Assembly (NCBI GenBank): GCA_013265495.1
Contig: MU058717.1
Span: 1 to 64,000, forward strand
Direction of reading: 5' to 3'
DNA from: Vicugna vicugna
Lineage: Eukaryota
Length of the DNA stretch: 64,000 bases
The translations under genes and the position numbers were made by a program. How positions within the stretch are numbered: position 1 is the stretch's first letter; every line of letters starts with the position of its first letter. This document shows, piece after piece, positions 1 to 11,529 of this stretch. A model generated the notes under the pieces. That model did no database searches. It was given only the letters and a program-made list of their open reading frames with translations, and had not been told where the DNA came from.

Positions 1-630
1 CAACAACACTCACAATAGCCAAGACATGGAAGCAGCCCAAGTACACTGACAGATGAATGGATGAAGAAGACACTGTACGTGTACTCAGTGGAATATTATC
101 CAGCCATAAAAAAGGAGATTCTGACATTTGCAACAACATAGACGGACCTGGAAAGCATTATCCTAAGTGAAACAAGTCAGACAGGGAAAGATAAATACTG
201 TATGAGCCCACTTATACATGGGATCTAAAACCATTGAACTCATAGAAACACAAACTAGAATTGTCAGGGGCTGAGAGGTAGGGGAAATGGGAGACGGTCA
301 AAGAGCATAAACTTTCAGGCACAAAATGAATAAGTTCCCCACGAAAGATGAGTAAGTTTCAGATAGGAATGGACAGCATGGTGATTGCAGTTAACAAAAC
401 TGGATTGTACATTTGAAAGTTGTTATGAGAGTAGAGCTTCAATGTTCTCACTATAATATAACAACATGGTAAGTATGTGAAATAAAGAATGTGTTAACTA
501 ATCTTATTGTGGTAAACATTTTACAGTAGATAAGTGTATCAAATTGTCACATCATACACCTTAAACTCACATAATGTTACATGTCAAGTATGTCTCCATA
601 AAGCTGGAGGAAAATCAAAATTACATAAAA
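1..630 (+). mobile_element. Old L1 (L1M-type) 3' end fragment
   Basis: Typical L1 3'UTR motifs (acagatgaatggat, tggaatattat..agccataaaaaa, tcatacaccttaaac) ending in an A-rich tail near 610-630; subfamily not determined. Confidence 0.8.
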
Positions 631-859
631 AGATACAGTCATAGAAGTCTTTTCCATCCCTAGGTTTCACTCTACTTCCACTCAACCCCTGTAGGTAACA
701 ATTTTATTCCTTTCTGGTCCATCCTTCTTAAGTTTTCATTTGAAAAAAATACATATGTATTCTTACTTGCTTTTGTCTTACCTGAAGGTTAGCTTACTTT
801 ATGCATGTTTACACTGAACAGTATACCTGCCAATCACTCCATCTCTGCTCACAGAGAAC

Positions 860-2600
860 TTCCTCATTCTATTTTTTAATAAATCATAATATTCTTTTGT
901 GTGGCTAGATCATAGTTTATTTATCCCATTTCCTTGTCCTGCATAGATAAGCAGTCCTTGGGTATTACAAATGAGGTCACAAATTATGTTAGCATGCTTG
1001 TTGACATCTGTCTTCAGGGTAGATTCCTAGAAGTGAGACTATGGAAGGGATAAAAACATCTATATTTTGGTTAAACATTGCTGAATTCCCATCCTCAGGA
1101 ACTGCACTATTTTGGATTCCAACCAGCTATGTCTGAGAAACTGTTTCCTCACAGCCTTGCTGATGGAGTTTATTGCCAAGCTTTTGAATTTTTGCCAGGC
1201 TGGAAGGCAGAAAACAGTACGGTTTCAATGTGTAACTTTCTAGTCAAACAGTAATACCACAATACTTTAACTGTAATGGCATTATAGTATCTTTTAATGT
1301 GCTGTAAGGCCAGTCTTTTTTGATGCTTTTGAGCTTCCTAGCTTTCTTGCTTGTTTACTTTTTATATAAATTTAGAATCAACCTCTCTAAGCCCTGGAAG
1401 GAAAAAAAAAATTGGTACTTTACTGAGGTCATATTAAATTAACTGGGAGAAATTTGACATTTTTATTATGCTGAATCATTCCATCTGAGGACAAGAGATG
1501 TCTTCTCATGCAGGTATACTTTTAAGTCTTTCAGAAGTGTTTTAAAATTTTGATAATTTCTTATGGTGTTTATTTCTAGTGTTTAAAATTTTTGTTGTAT
1601 AATAAATGAGATACTCTCTTACACTTAATCTTCTAACTTCTTGTTTATATGTAAGAGCATCAGTGATTTTTATATGATAATATAGAATATTGTTGAATGA
1701 TTTCATTGTTTATACACACTAGATTTAACTTGGAATCTTTGTCTTTTATACATACACGATCATGCTGTCCACAATGATAGTTTTATTTCTAACTTTTTGT
1801 TTGTTTCTTTGTTTTTTCCCCTTAATGGAGGTATTGGGGATTGAACCCAGGACCTAATGCATTCCAAGCATGCACTCTACCACTGAGCTATACCCCCCTA
1901 CCCCAATTTCTAACTTTTATGTGTCTAATTTTTAAATCTATATTGGCTATTTCTTCCATTACAGTATGAAATAATAATGAAGTTAGTGGCTATCCCCACC
2001 TTCTTCTTAATCTTAATGGAAAAGCCTTTTCATTTCTCCATTAAGAAGGTGTTAGTAAAGCTCTTAGTTTATCAAAAATATATACAGTTCTTAAAAGTGA
2101 TAAATGAGTGTGTACTTTTCTGAAGTTCTTTGTAGCATCTATGAGAATAAATTCTATCACTTTTTTTCTCCTTAGATATATTTATATAATACTTTATATT
2201 GAGAATTTCCTAATATTTAATCATCTTGTATTCATTTGGTTGTGATGAATTAGTTTTTAAAATATATTTTGTATTCTGCTTACTAAATTTTATTTTGGAT
2301 TTTTGAGTTAATATTCGTTAGTGAAATTGATCTGTAGTTTTCTCTTTTTATGTAATTTTTGCCAAGTTTGGAGGGGGTCAATATTACACTTCATAAAAAG
2401 AACTGGAAAATTATTTTTCCTTTCCTTGGGAGTCATTTGAGCAGCACTGGAATGACGTGTCTTTGAAAGCTTATAGAGCAGCCCCTGTGGAACCACATGG
2501 GAGAGTTTTTCAATAATGTCTATTGCTTCTATAGAAATTGGTCTGTTTTCACTTTCTGTGTCTCTTGGGGTAAATGACATTTTCCTAGGAAATTGTTTCC
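860..2600 (-). mobile_element. Degraded antisense L1 fragments
   Basis: T-rich strand with L1 ORF2/3' motifs (agattcctagaagtg, tgctgaatcattccat, gttagtgaaattgatctgtagttttct); boundaries approximate. Confidence 0.6.
1793..1898 (-). mobile_element. tRNA-derived SINE (Vic-1-like, camelid)
   Basis: Reverse complement GGGGGGTATAGCTCAGTGGTAGAGTGCATGCTTGG...GGTCCTGGGTTCAATCCCCAATACCTCC with A and B boxes and A-rich tail. Confidence 0.85.
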
Positions 2601-2868
2601 TTCATCTACCAGCACTGCTTGAGGGAGCACTAGTGAGAACGAATCAGTTGATCCTCCAGGAGGCTCAATTTGGGGCCTGAGATGTAGAAGGGATTGATTC
2701 CTTTGCTAAAGCACAGACCTAGGGCTAGGGTTCTGCAGCACTGAAGGCAGCAACCAGGACTTCCTGTAACTTGCACCTCTGCTTTGTCCCGTTGACGTGA
2801 CGTCTGGAAAATGTCCAGGAGTGTCTGGCAAGGGCAGGAGACTCTATCCCCTGCACCAATAGAAGAAG

Positions 2869-3383
2869 TGGTTCCAACTGCAAACTCGTTCTGCTCACTG
2901 CGCAACAGGCTAATAAATCAGGAGACAAGATGTTGGGGCAAGTCATAACGACTTTATTCGGAAAGCCGACAGACTGAGAAGATGGGGGACTGAAGTCCTG
3001 GAGAACCATCTTCCTAAAGTCAGAATTCAGGATCCTTTTATACTAGAAAGGGGAGGGTGTGTGGTTGGTTGGTGCAAACTTCTTGGTGTCAGAATCCTTT
3101 GTTTTTGCAGCTGTCCACTTAGGTCAGGTCATGATGTTCCTGTAAACCTCCAACAAATGTTATCCTCTGTTCTGTAATTTTTAATCTCCAGATGAATGGA
3201 AAAGTGTTATACCCTTAAAGATGAGAGCCTTGAGAACGGGCTATCTTGTGTATTTCAGGCTGTAGGCAGCATTCTTTTATAAAAGGTAAAGAATCAGCAT
3301 GACTCAGCACAGGAAACAGAGCACAGGGTTAGAGCCAAAGGAACAGATCTAATATGGAGTCACACTTGTTCTTCCCTGTGACA
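2869..3383 (-). mobile_element. ERV1-type solo LTR
   Basis: TG...CA termini (tggttcc...tgtgaca), 4-bp TSD GAAG on both sides, antisense polyA (tttatt near 2952). Confidence 0.75.
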
Positions 3384-3806
3384 GAAGGACAGCTAGTGCC
3401 ATGGAAACCTTGAGGCCCACAGGCACATGTGGGCACATGTGTGTTCCCTCATGAAAGCTAAAGACAAGGTCCAGGCTTCTTTCATTGTCCCCAGTCCATC
3501 TTCCACTCAGTCTCGACCAAGGAAGGGTCTCTCAGCCCTGTTACCTCTGCCAGGTTCCCTGCCTTTCAGTATTACCCTGCACTCCCAGTGCTTCTCCAAG
3601 AGCCCCACGGAGTCACTCTCTAGGTGGGTTCTCCTAGAAACACACTTGAGCCAAGGGCTCAAGGGCACCCAGGAGAAACTGGTAAGGGAATGAGGAAAAG
3701 AAGCCAAACAATGGTTTGACTTCAGATGGAGTCCCAGCCTCAGGCCAATCCCGCAGGGATCTCTGAAGCATAAAGTGGGGATTTTGTACTCCCATCCTGG
3801 TCAGAC

Positions 3807-4307
3807 TAATGTGGGAAGCCCCCTGAAAAGACCAGCAAGACCCACAGGCAGGGCCACTGCTTTTCTGCCAGTGCCATCTGGTTCCCTGGCCCGGCAGTAT
3901 TATCTTGCTTTTTGCTTCTGTAAAAGGGCTTGCTTCTAGGAAAGTGGAACTTATCCCTAAGATTCTATTAGCTCCCTAAGCTCACTCCTCATTGGTCCAT
4001 TTGTAACACCTCGTTTGCATAAAGCTCACTCCTGATTTGTCCATTTCTAAAAAGTTCATTCCTGATTGGTCCACTTTGTTCCACCTTATTTGCACATGAT
4101 GTTGCAAAGTCTAGACTGGCAGCCTATAGAAGCCTGTGTAAACCTACAGGCAGGGTCCAGAGCTTGGAGTGTTAACTCCTATGGACTTGCCAGCGTAATA
4201 AACCTGAGTTCTCCAACCCTCCGAGTGCTGCTTTGTCTCTTGTCAGGATCCAGGTTGCTGTCACAACTGAGCTGTAACACTGAGCTGTAACACACTTTGC
4301 TGCAACA
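3807..4307 (+). mobile_element. Solo LTR nested in an older MaLR-like (MLT1) element spanning about 3610-4530
   Basis: TSD AGAC at 3803-3806 and 4308-4311; ends ...tgcaaca; repeated ATTGG boxes, TATA-like cctataga and AATAAA near 4197. Confidence 0.7.
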
Positions 4308-4865
4308 AGACATTACCTAAGAGCTGACAGGAGAGGACATAAACTTCTGGGTACTTCGGGTTGTCTGTCTGGACGAGGGGGCTACAATAGCTCAGAGACA
4401 CGCCCCTGAAGAAAGTCTCCAAGTGAGCCCATAGTCGCAAAACACTAATCTGGGTCATAGCCATCCAGAGACAATCAAAGGTATTGAAGGAACCTGGGCA
4501 TGCAACAACAGTGTTCAAGGCAGGCACCTGGGGCAGTGCTCCCATCTCAGACATCTTTGGTACCAGTCCTGGAAGAGAGAGTAGCTTTGAGTAGGTCAAA
4601 TATCAGACATTCCAAACTGAAGCCTTGGTTCTACCATGAATACTTCCTTTGTGCCTGGTCTTGTGTATCCCTGGCACCCAGAAAAGGCTGGGCCCAGAAA
4701 ATGTGTTTTGATCAGAGAGTGAATAAAACACCTGCTTCTCTCTGTATACCCAGCATCTGTGATTCATGGAGTCTGGGTGGCTGGGAGTGGGTGGGAAACA
4801 TAGACTCTCCCTCCTCCAGATGAATCCTCTTACCTGCAGACATGTTTTTCCCCTAAGCTATATAT

Positions 4866-5402
4866 ATCATAGGTGAGCAAAATTTGCCACCTTAAATTAT
4901 ATCTCTTTGGCACGAAGATTAATTTAGGCTGATTGTTTTTAAGACCCAAAAGATTCAGGAAGAATCTTTGACCTTCCCCCTATCTGCCTGGAAGAAATGT
5001 AGAGAGAGGACCTGTTCCAGAGGTGAACTGGAGAAGGAACTGGGTGTGTACACAAGGAGGAACCCAGCAAAGTCTGTTAAAATTCCTCTCTGTGTCCCAA
5101 TGTTCCTGTACGCACCCCCCCAAACTTGTTTACTGAACATTTGCTTTTCCGTCTCCACATGAACTGTCTTCCTCCTCTTTGAGGTCCCAAACCACTGTCG
5201 CCAACATCCTCCTTGTCGATATTTAAGGTGAAGTCCTCAGTGATTTTGGTGAGTTGCTTGGATGTTCCTGAGTCTCTCCCGCAGATATATGTTATTAAAT
5301 TTTTGTTTGAGTTTCTCCTGTTCATCTGTCTCATGTCAATTTAATTCATAGACCAGCCAGAAGAACCTAGAAGGGTAGAAGAAATTTTCTTCTTCCCTGA
5401 CA
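4866..5402 (+). mobile_element. Old ERV1 LTR (MER34/MER39-like)
   Basis: Starts aaaatttgccacctt..tctctttggc and ends aaattttcttcttccctgaca, which resembles the MER34/39 consensus as I recall it. Confidence 0.6.
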
Positions 5403-6389
5403 ATACTCAGAATTCAATTTGCTTTTAAGTTTTCCCTTTTGGCAAAGCTAGGTGGTTCTGGTAGAAAAAAACAAGTAACTCTGCCAAAGGGATGGACCAG
5501 TTTCCCCTCCTGTCAGCAGTATATGAGTCTCTGTTTCCCCATAACTTATTCAATGATATATTGTCAGACTTTAAAACTCTTGTCAATCTGGTGTATGAAA
5601 ACAGATGTCCTATTTTGATTGCATACATGATTATTTATGAGGCCAAATACACATCCACACACAGAGAGAATCATGCTAGGATTAATATTCATGTATTCAG
5701 TGCTGCATTAAGAAATAATTGTGGAGTCTCAGCGGCATAACACTGTACAACTTTATTTCCACAGACTCAATAAAATTGTGGGAATGTTTGAGAGGGCGTT
5801 CCAACCTTACATAAACTTCAAAAGATCCATCTGGAAAGTGCTGGGGAGGGAAAAGCCCCACCACAGGAAGGAATTCAGCTGTGAAGCTCATTTCTGATGG
5901 GAGGAGATCTGACAGCCACAGTTGTCATTCATTGTCACTGGTAGAGACAGCGGGGTGTGGTTGGTGTGTCCCTCCCTTGGTGTCACCATATTTCCCAGTC
6001 TCTAGCTTCTGGCCTGATTCAGCAGGTTTCTGCCCTGTCGCCCACCACCAGCTTGTAGGCACAAGGTCACTATCTCAAGCAGCCAGCCTCCGGGTGAAGG
6101 GGTCTTCCTTGGCTGTGGAGCTGGCTAATGTTCTTGGAAGTCCAGTCCATAACACCCCAAACCCCATTCCTGGACTCTCTATGTGCCTGGAGCTGACTGG
6201 CATCCTTAACCCCAGACTCCTGGACCCCTGTGTGCCTGCATTCTCTCACAAGAAGATGGAAGAGCATTTTTCCTTGACATGTTCTTGCCCTAGCAGAACT
6301 AATGGTCCCAAGAAATGGCTAACCTCACAATACCCAAGGCGGACAGGCCTCACTACACACCCCACTCTTACCAGAGTCATGAATCCTAC

Positions 6390-6526
6390 TTTGTTTGTTG
6401 TCTTTTTTGGGGTGGTGGGGGAGGGGTAGGTTTATTTATTTATTTTTAGAGGCGGCACTGGGAATTGAACCCAGCACCTTGCACATGCTAGGCATGCACT
6501 CTACCACTTGAGTTACACCCTCCCCC
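6390..6526 (-). mobile_element. tRNA-derived SINE (Vic-1-like)
   Basis: ggcactgggaattgaacccagcacc...gcatgcactctaccacttgagttacaccctccccc. Confidence 0.85.
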
Positions 6527-7624
6527 ATAAAACCTATTACTTAGAATAGCCCCTGACAAGTCTTACCTCACTTGTAACCAACCAGTTACCTGTGAACAAG
6601 CTGATCGCGCAGCCCCCACCCGTGTGCACAACCCCTTCCCTAATCACAGACCCTACACGTTCACCCCAGTGTGCACACTGCTCCTCTTGCCTGTGTGGCC
6701 CGCTGTTGCCTACAGTAGAGTATCTATTAAATTTTCCTTTGTTTCTTAAGCTTTTCTTTGTCTCCAGTAAATTCTTTTACCTCCCGTGCACCAACCCACC
6801 GTGTCCCTCAACAACTCCCCTTAGAGATGATTGGAATTTTGCAGAGAACTTTTTCCAAATTGTGAAAGGAACAGTGTACAAATTTGGACACACGTGAGTG
6901 TCCCCAGTGACGACCACAAATTGGGAGGGAGGGATTGAAGCATGGCCAATAGGTCTTCTCAGCGGCCTCCTTGGTTCATGCGATGAATCATTCATTGTCA
7001 CATTCACCCAACACAGACTATGGCGTCAGGTTCCCAAACTATATAAATATGTCGTCCTGGTTCTGACGACAGTGGCTGCCCACACGTGCCTGTTACTGAG
7101 TTACATGCTGGAATATCTTTGGTTGAGTTCTCCTGAAAGCAGACCCTGAGGCAATCATTTGAGGACAAACAGTTCTGGGGGGAAGCGATCCAGGAAGCAT
7201 TTTTCAGAGAATGGATTTGTGAGACAGGGAATGGAAAGAAGCCAAAAAAAGGTGCAGTGATGAGAAGTCTACTGCTGCAGACCACCGGGGCTCATCCTGC
7301 TGTGAACCTCTGGCCGATCGTATAGAATCTGCCTAGGGATTCCCCACCCTGGAAGAGAGAGATGAGGTCTTTATCCTCCAACTCCCATCTGTCATGTTTT
7401 GCATTTGCTTGGTTTTCTATGTACACCTCATCTGTTCAACCACAAACTCTTCCCTAGCTGCTAAAATCACCTCTCCATGTGCGAACAGATGTGAACGTGT
7501 GTGCCAGATGTTCTATTAATTTCACCTTCCAAAAAATGAATTTCCTGGAGCCCTCTGACTCCCTCCAATCTGGGCTGGTAGCTCTCTCTATTTTTTTCTT
7601 TTTTTAATGGCAAATTTTGCAATG

Positions 7625-8015
7625 GTTTTATTTTTCATGTTTCCCAAATTTCTTTTAAAATTTTTGTTAAAGTATAGTTGATGTACAATATTATATAAGT
7701 TAAAAGTGCATAATATAGTGATTCACAATTTTTTTAACATTTTTTATTGATTTATAATCATTTTACAATGTTGTGTCAAATTCCAGTGTTCAGCACAATT
7801 TTTCAGTCAGTGATTCACAATTTTTGAGGGTTTTTACTCCATTTATAGTTATTATAAAATATATTGCCCCATGTTGTACAATATATCCTTGTAGCTTATT
7901 TTATACATAATAAGTACCTCTAAGTATTTATTATACAAAATAATTTGTACTTCTTAATCCTTTACCCTGACGTAGCCCCTCGCCAATTCCCTCTCTCCAC
8001 TGGTAACCACTAGTT
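7625..8015 (-). mobile_element. L1 3' end (antisense) with a nested short younger L1 tail at about 7733-7808
   Basis: L1 3'UTR motifs (tggtaaccactagtttgttct); nested insert flanked by duplicated agtgattcacaatttt. Confidence 0.75.
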
Positions 8016-9043
8016 TGTTCTGTCTGTATTCCTGGCACTCAGCTGTCATTCTGGAATCTTCTCTCACCATTATCACCATTGAGGACTCCCTTCTTTTCCT
8101 CCCCTACATTCCATTTTCTGTATTTCATGCCTTTTTCCCCCTTTGTTTCTTCTTAATAGGCTTTCTTTTGATATTTAGAACTGTCCTGTACAAACTTCTC
8201 ACCACATAGTCAATGTTCAATAGATGAGAACCTTCAGTATAATCATGAAACAGCAGTGCGGGTAACTTGGGAGACTTTTTTGAATGTGTTAAATGGCACT
8301 TCATTTTTAACTGACTGCTCAGATGACTGCTGGAAAGAGCCCCTTCAGTTTATCTCAGGAAAAGTGGCTCAAATGTGATTCGATTCACATCAACTTCACT
8401 TCCAGCTGCAGGGCTAAGGGGAAGTGTGTTCCCTCTTCAATGTCCTTCCACCCTCTTTATCCCAAATCCTCCTCAGTGACCTGGTCAGTTATTATTATTG
8501 TTCCCACTTCACAGCTGGGAAGGCTGAGGCCCGAAGTGGTTTTGATTGCTGTCCTCTCTTCACTTGTCATTCACCAAGGATCCTTTGTGTGACTGGCGCT
8601 GCACGTATTACCTCAAAATGAGTCAGGAGAGAGCGAGAGAACATGTCACATGACGCCGAGGGAAAGAAACGACCCGAGCAATCTGGCAGCAGTGTGGCCA
8701 AGAGTCCAGGGGTGTGGGAAAGTCAGGACACTTTGAGAGGACACAGCTCTCTGACTGTTCCAGGTTTCTAAGAAGCTTCATTGTAAAGTCCTTCTGTTTT
8801 GCCCTCTTTGCCCCTCCCCCGACCCCACCCCCAAGGGCTGTGGTTCAGGGTCCCCTAAGGTATTTCAGAATGGCTTCCTGACCAATCTGGCGACACGTCC
8901 CCCTCCAAGTCCTAGGTTCCCCTTCCCAGGTCTCGGGCTCTTGCCTAAGGGCTGGAAAGGGCTGTCAACACTCCGGGTGTGGGGGGTGCTGTCCTCACGT
9001 GAATTTCCTGCCTTATGAAATAGCATCTGGGAGGGCTGAGGGT

Positions 9044-9081
9044 ACTTCCGGTGGGACCACACCCATGGGAGGAGGTATAAA
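9044..9081 (+). promoter_or_regulatory. Core promoter of the SLPI-like paralog: ETS site (ACTTCCGG 9044-9051), CACCC box (9057-9064), TATA (TATAAA 9076-9081)
   Basis: Same CCACACCC..TATAAA arrangement as the SLPI promoter at 23357-23380; TATA about 45 nt upstream of the ATG. Confidence 0.75.
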
Positions 9082-9125
9082 GATGAGGCCAGCACCCATC
9101 ACCACAGTCCCAACCTACCCTCATT

Positions 9126-10938
9126 ATGAAGTCCTACAGCCTTGCCATCCTCCTGGTGATATTTGCCTCTGGATTCCTGATGTCCTGGGCTGTGGAAGGT
9201 GCCAGCAAAGGTGAGTTGGGGGTCTCTCAGGCCATATCCAGGTGCCAGAGTCAGTGATGGCTCAGGGTGGGAATAGCCTTTCCTTGCAGCCTGGGGGCTG
9301 AACTTGAAGCCACCTTTCCAATGGTCTGGACTGTGGCCCCTAATTTCTAGCACCCTTGGAGGACTTCAACTAAGAGAGATTCTGCACGTCCCCAAATCTG
9401 CCTTTCACCACATGGACCTGTTTACTCCAGCCCTTGTCTGTATGTTCTTTCTCTAATAGTTCCTTCTTTACTGGGTTTGTTTTGTTTTCCTTTTTCTCTG
9501 TCACATTATTTTGGTCACCATCTGTTTCAATTTTCCAAATTGTTCTCTTTTTTCTTAGTATTTCTTTTTTAATAGTCACTCTTTCCCTGTTTACTTCTCA
9601 GCTGACCTGTTCTCTTTCTTTTAATCGCTAATAGGTTGCCTCTCCTGCTCTCACTCCCCATCTCTGCCTCTTTCCCAGCCAACCGTGGTCCAGGAACACC
9701 TGACTATGAGCTTTATTCAACCGCTTTCCAGAGCTGGCTTATCCTGGCTTGCAGTGGCTGATTGTGAAATTTTCAAGACTTTTGTTAACTAGTTGATGGC
9801 ACATTGGTAGCTTGAAATTAGCCATGGTGGGAATATTTGTGCCATGGAAATTGGCAAACTCTTCAAAGTCTCCTTAAATCATCTAACACCACATCATCAT
9901 CTATACATTCTTTTTTGTGCCATTGACTCCCTCTTTATAGGGTGGTTGGCTTAATTTGGCATTGCCCCACACCTGCCTTAAACTGGGATTCTAACTGCTC
10001 CCTCCAGTCCTTTGGGGTTCACCACCTGGATTAGGTTTCTCTCCTCTCCTGGGAAGCTGGTTCCTTGTCCAGAATTGTGGTCAAGACTCAGCAACTTTTT
10101 CCTCTTCCTCCTTTGTTCTTACCCTTCAGAAAAAGCTAAACGTGGAGACTGCCCCTTCAGACGTCCTGCAATGTGTCTTGTATATGAACCCCCTCAATGC
10201 GAGAGTGACTGGCAGTGTCCAAAGAAGCAAAAATGTTGCCCCGACTATTGTGGCATCAAATGTTTGGATCCTGTAGGCACATCAGAGCCAGGTGAGGAAG
10301 TAGAGTCCTGGAAAAGGGGGACCAGAAAGATCTGAACTTGCGGACATGCATCTTGAAGAAGTACAGGGGGCTCCTCTGAACTCAGCTGGAGGGTGGGGTC
10401 AGGGCTCCTCCAACCCCTGTATTCTCCAGTAGTCCGTTGGTCAGCTGGTGAGCCAGGCAAGCAGCCAGCTGGTCAATCAGTTAATGAATCAGTCTGTCTG
10501 TCAGACACTTACAACCCTCTTTGGGGTCCCTTTGGTGGAAAGGAGTCTCGAGACATGCATGGCCTCAGTTTGGGTCCTGAGGTTGGAGAAGAACTGATTT
10601 CCATGCACGGGGTAGAGACGGGGATGGGTGGTATCTGGGGGTGGGTCAAGCCTCTGGGTTGTGGCTTTGTTTTTACCAGATGAGATCTGGCCTAATGCCC
10701 TCATTTTATCAGTAGGGACATTGAAAAGCCGGGATTTGCTCCTGCTTCATAGGTCAAAGACCAGTGCTGTTTCAATCATTCCAGCACCGAGCCCTCTCTC
10801 TACTTACCCTGAGGGACTTCGGGCCTGGTGGCAGAAGGACCCTCTCGGTGGGAAGGATGTAAGGGTCACTGCAGTTGTTCCTCTGCTGAGGTTCTGCCCT
10901 CTTTTCTTTCCACAGATTTATTCTTACCAGTTCAGTGA
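9126..10938 (+). CDS. SLPI-like (antileukoproteinase-like) single-WAP-domain secreted protein, about 89 aa; exons 9126-9210, 10130-10291, 10916-10938
   Basis: Exon 1 is a signal peptide MKSYSLAILLVIFASGFLMSWAVEGASK with a phase-1 GTGAGT donor. Exon 2 is a complete 8-Cys WAP domain (GDCPFRRPAMCLVYEPPQCESDWQCPKKQKCCPDYCGIKCLDPV). The last exon is homologous to SLPI exon 4 and gives DLFLPVQ*. The last-exon choice is inferred; a pseudogene cannot be excluded. Confidence 0.75.
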
Positions 10939-11134
10939 GAGTAGGACTTCCTGGTCTGTGTGATCTAGGATTCCATTTTCCCCTAAGCTTGGAAAAAAAT
11001 GTGAACAGCTGAATGAAGATGTGGCTTTGTGACCAATACCTCCTTGGGGGCCAAGTTTTGTCCTGTTTGATCTCTGTACTCCCAGCATCCACCGTGAGGC
11101 TTGGCACACAACAGGAAATGTCTGTTGATTAGTG

Positions 11135-11140
11135 AATAAA
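11135..11140 (+). terminator. PolyA signal (AATAAA) of the SLPI-like paralog
   Basis: AATAAA in a context alignable to the SLPI 3' end (ggcttggcac...atgtct.tt.att.g...aataaat). Confidence 0.65.
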
Positions 11141-11529
11141 TAAATGTACAAGAGTTTCTCTGCATTTCCATCTTTTTTGACTCACTGGATCTGGTCTAGG
11201 ATATGAGGGGTGAGATAAAGAATAAACTATCTGCCTGTGTGGGGTTTCTCCCCAGACCTCTAGAATAGAACAAAGAGAGTGTTCTAGAACCAAGCAGATA
11301 TGGGTTTACATCCTGTACTTGTTGGTGACTGGCTCTGAGATTTGGGGCAATGACTTTGTCCCACTGAGCCTCAGTTTTGTCATCTCTAACATAAAAATGA
11401 TAATAGCAGTGCTAATTTCATGAAGTTATGAGGGTTAGAGGTGACAGCATGTGAAAGGAATAGCCCAGTGATTGTCACATAAGAGGTGCTCAATAAATGC
11501 TAGACTTACCTCAGGGTAAGCACGGCACA

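Noticed and set aside
2630..2905. Cys-containing ORF (…SCPCQ…GCCLQCCRT…) as a possible WAP pseudo-exon
   Set aside because: Cys spacing does not fit the WAP core, there are no convincing splice sites, and its start lies in an LTR
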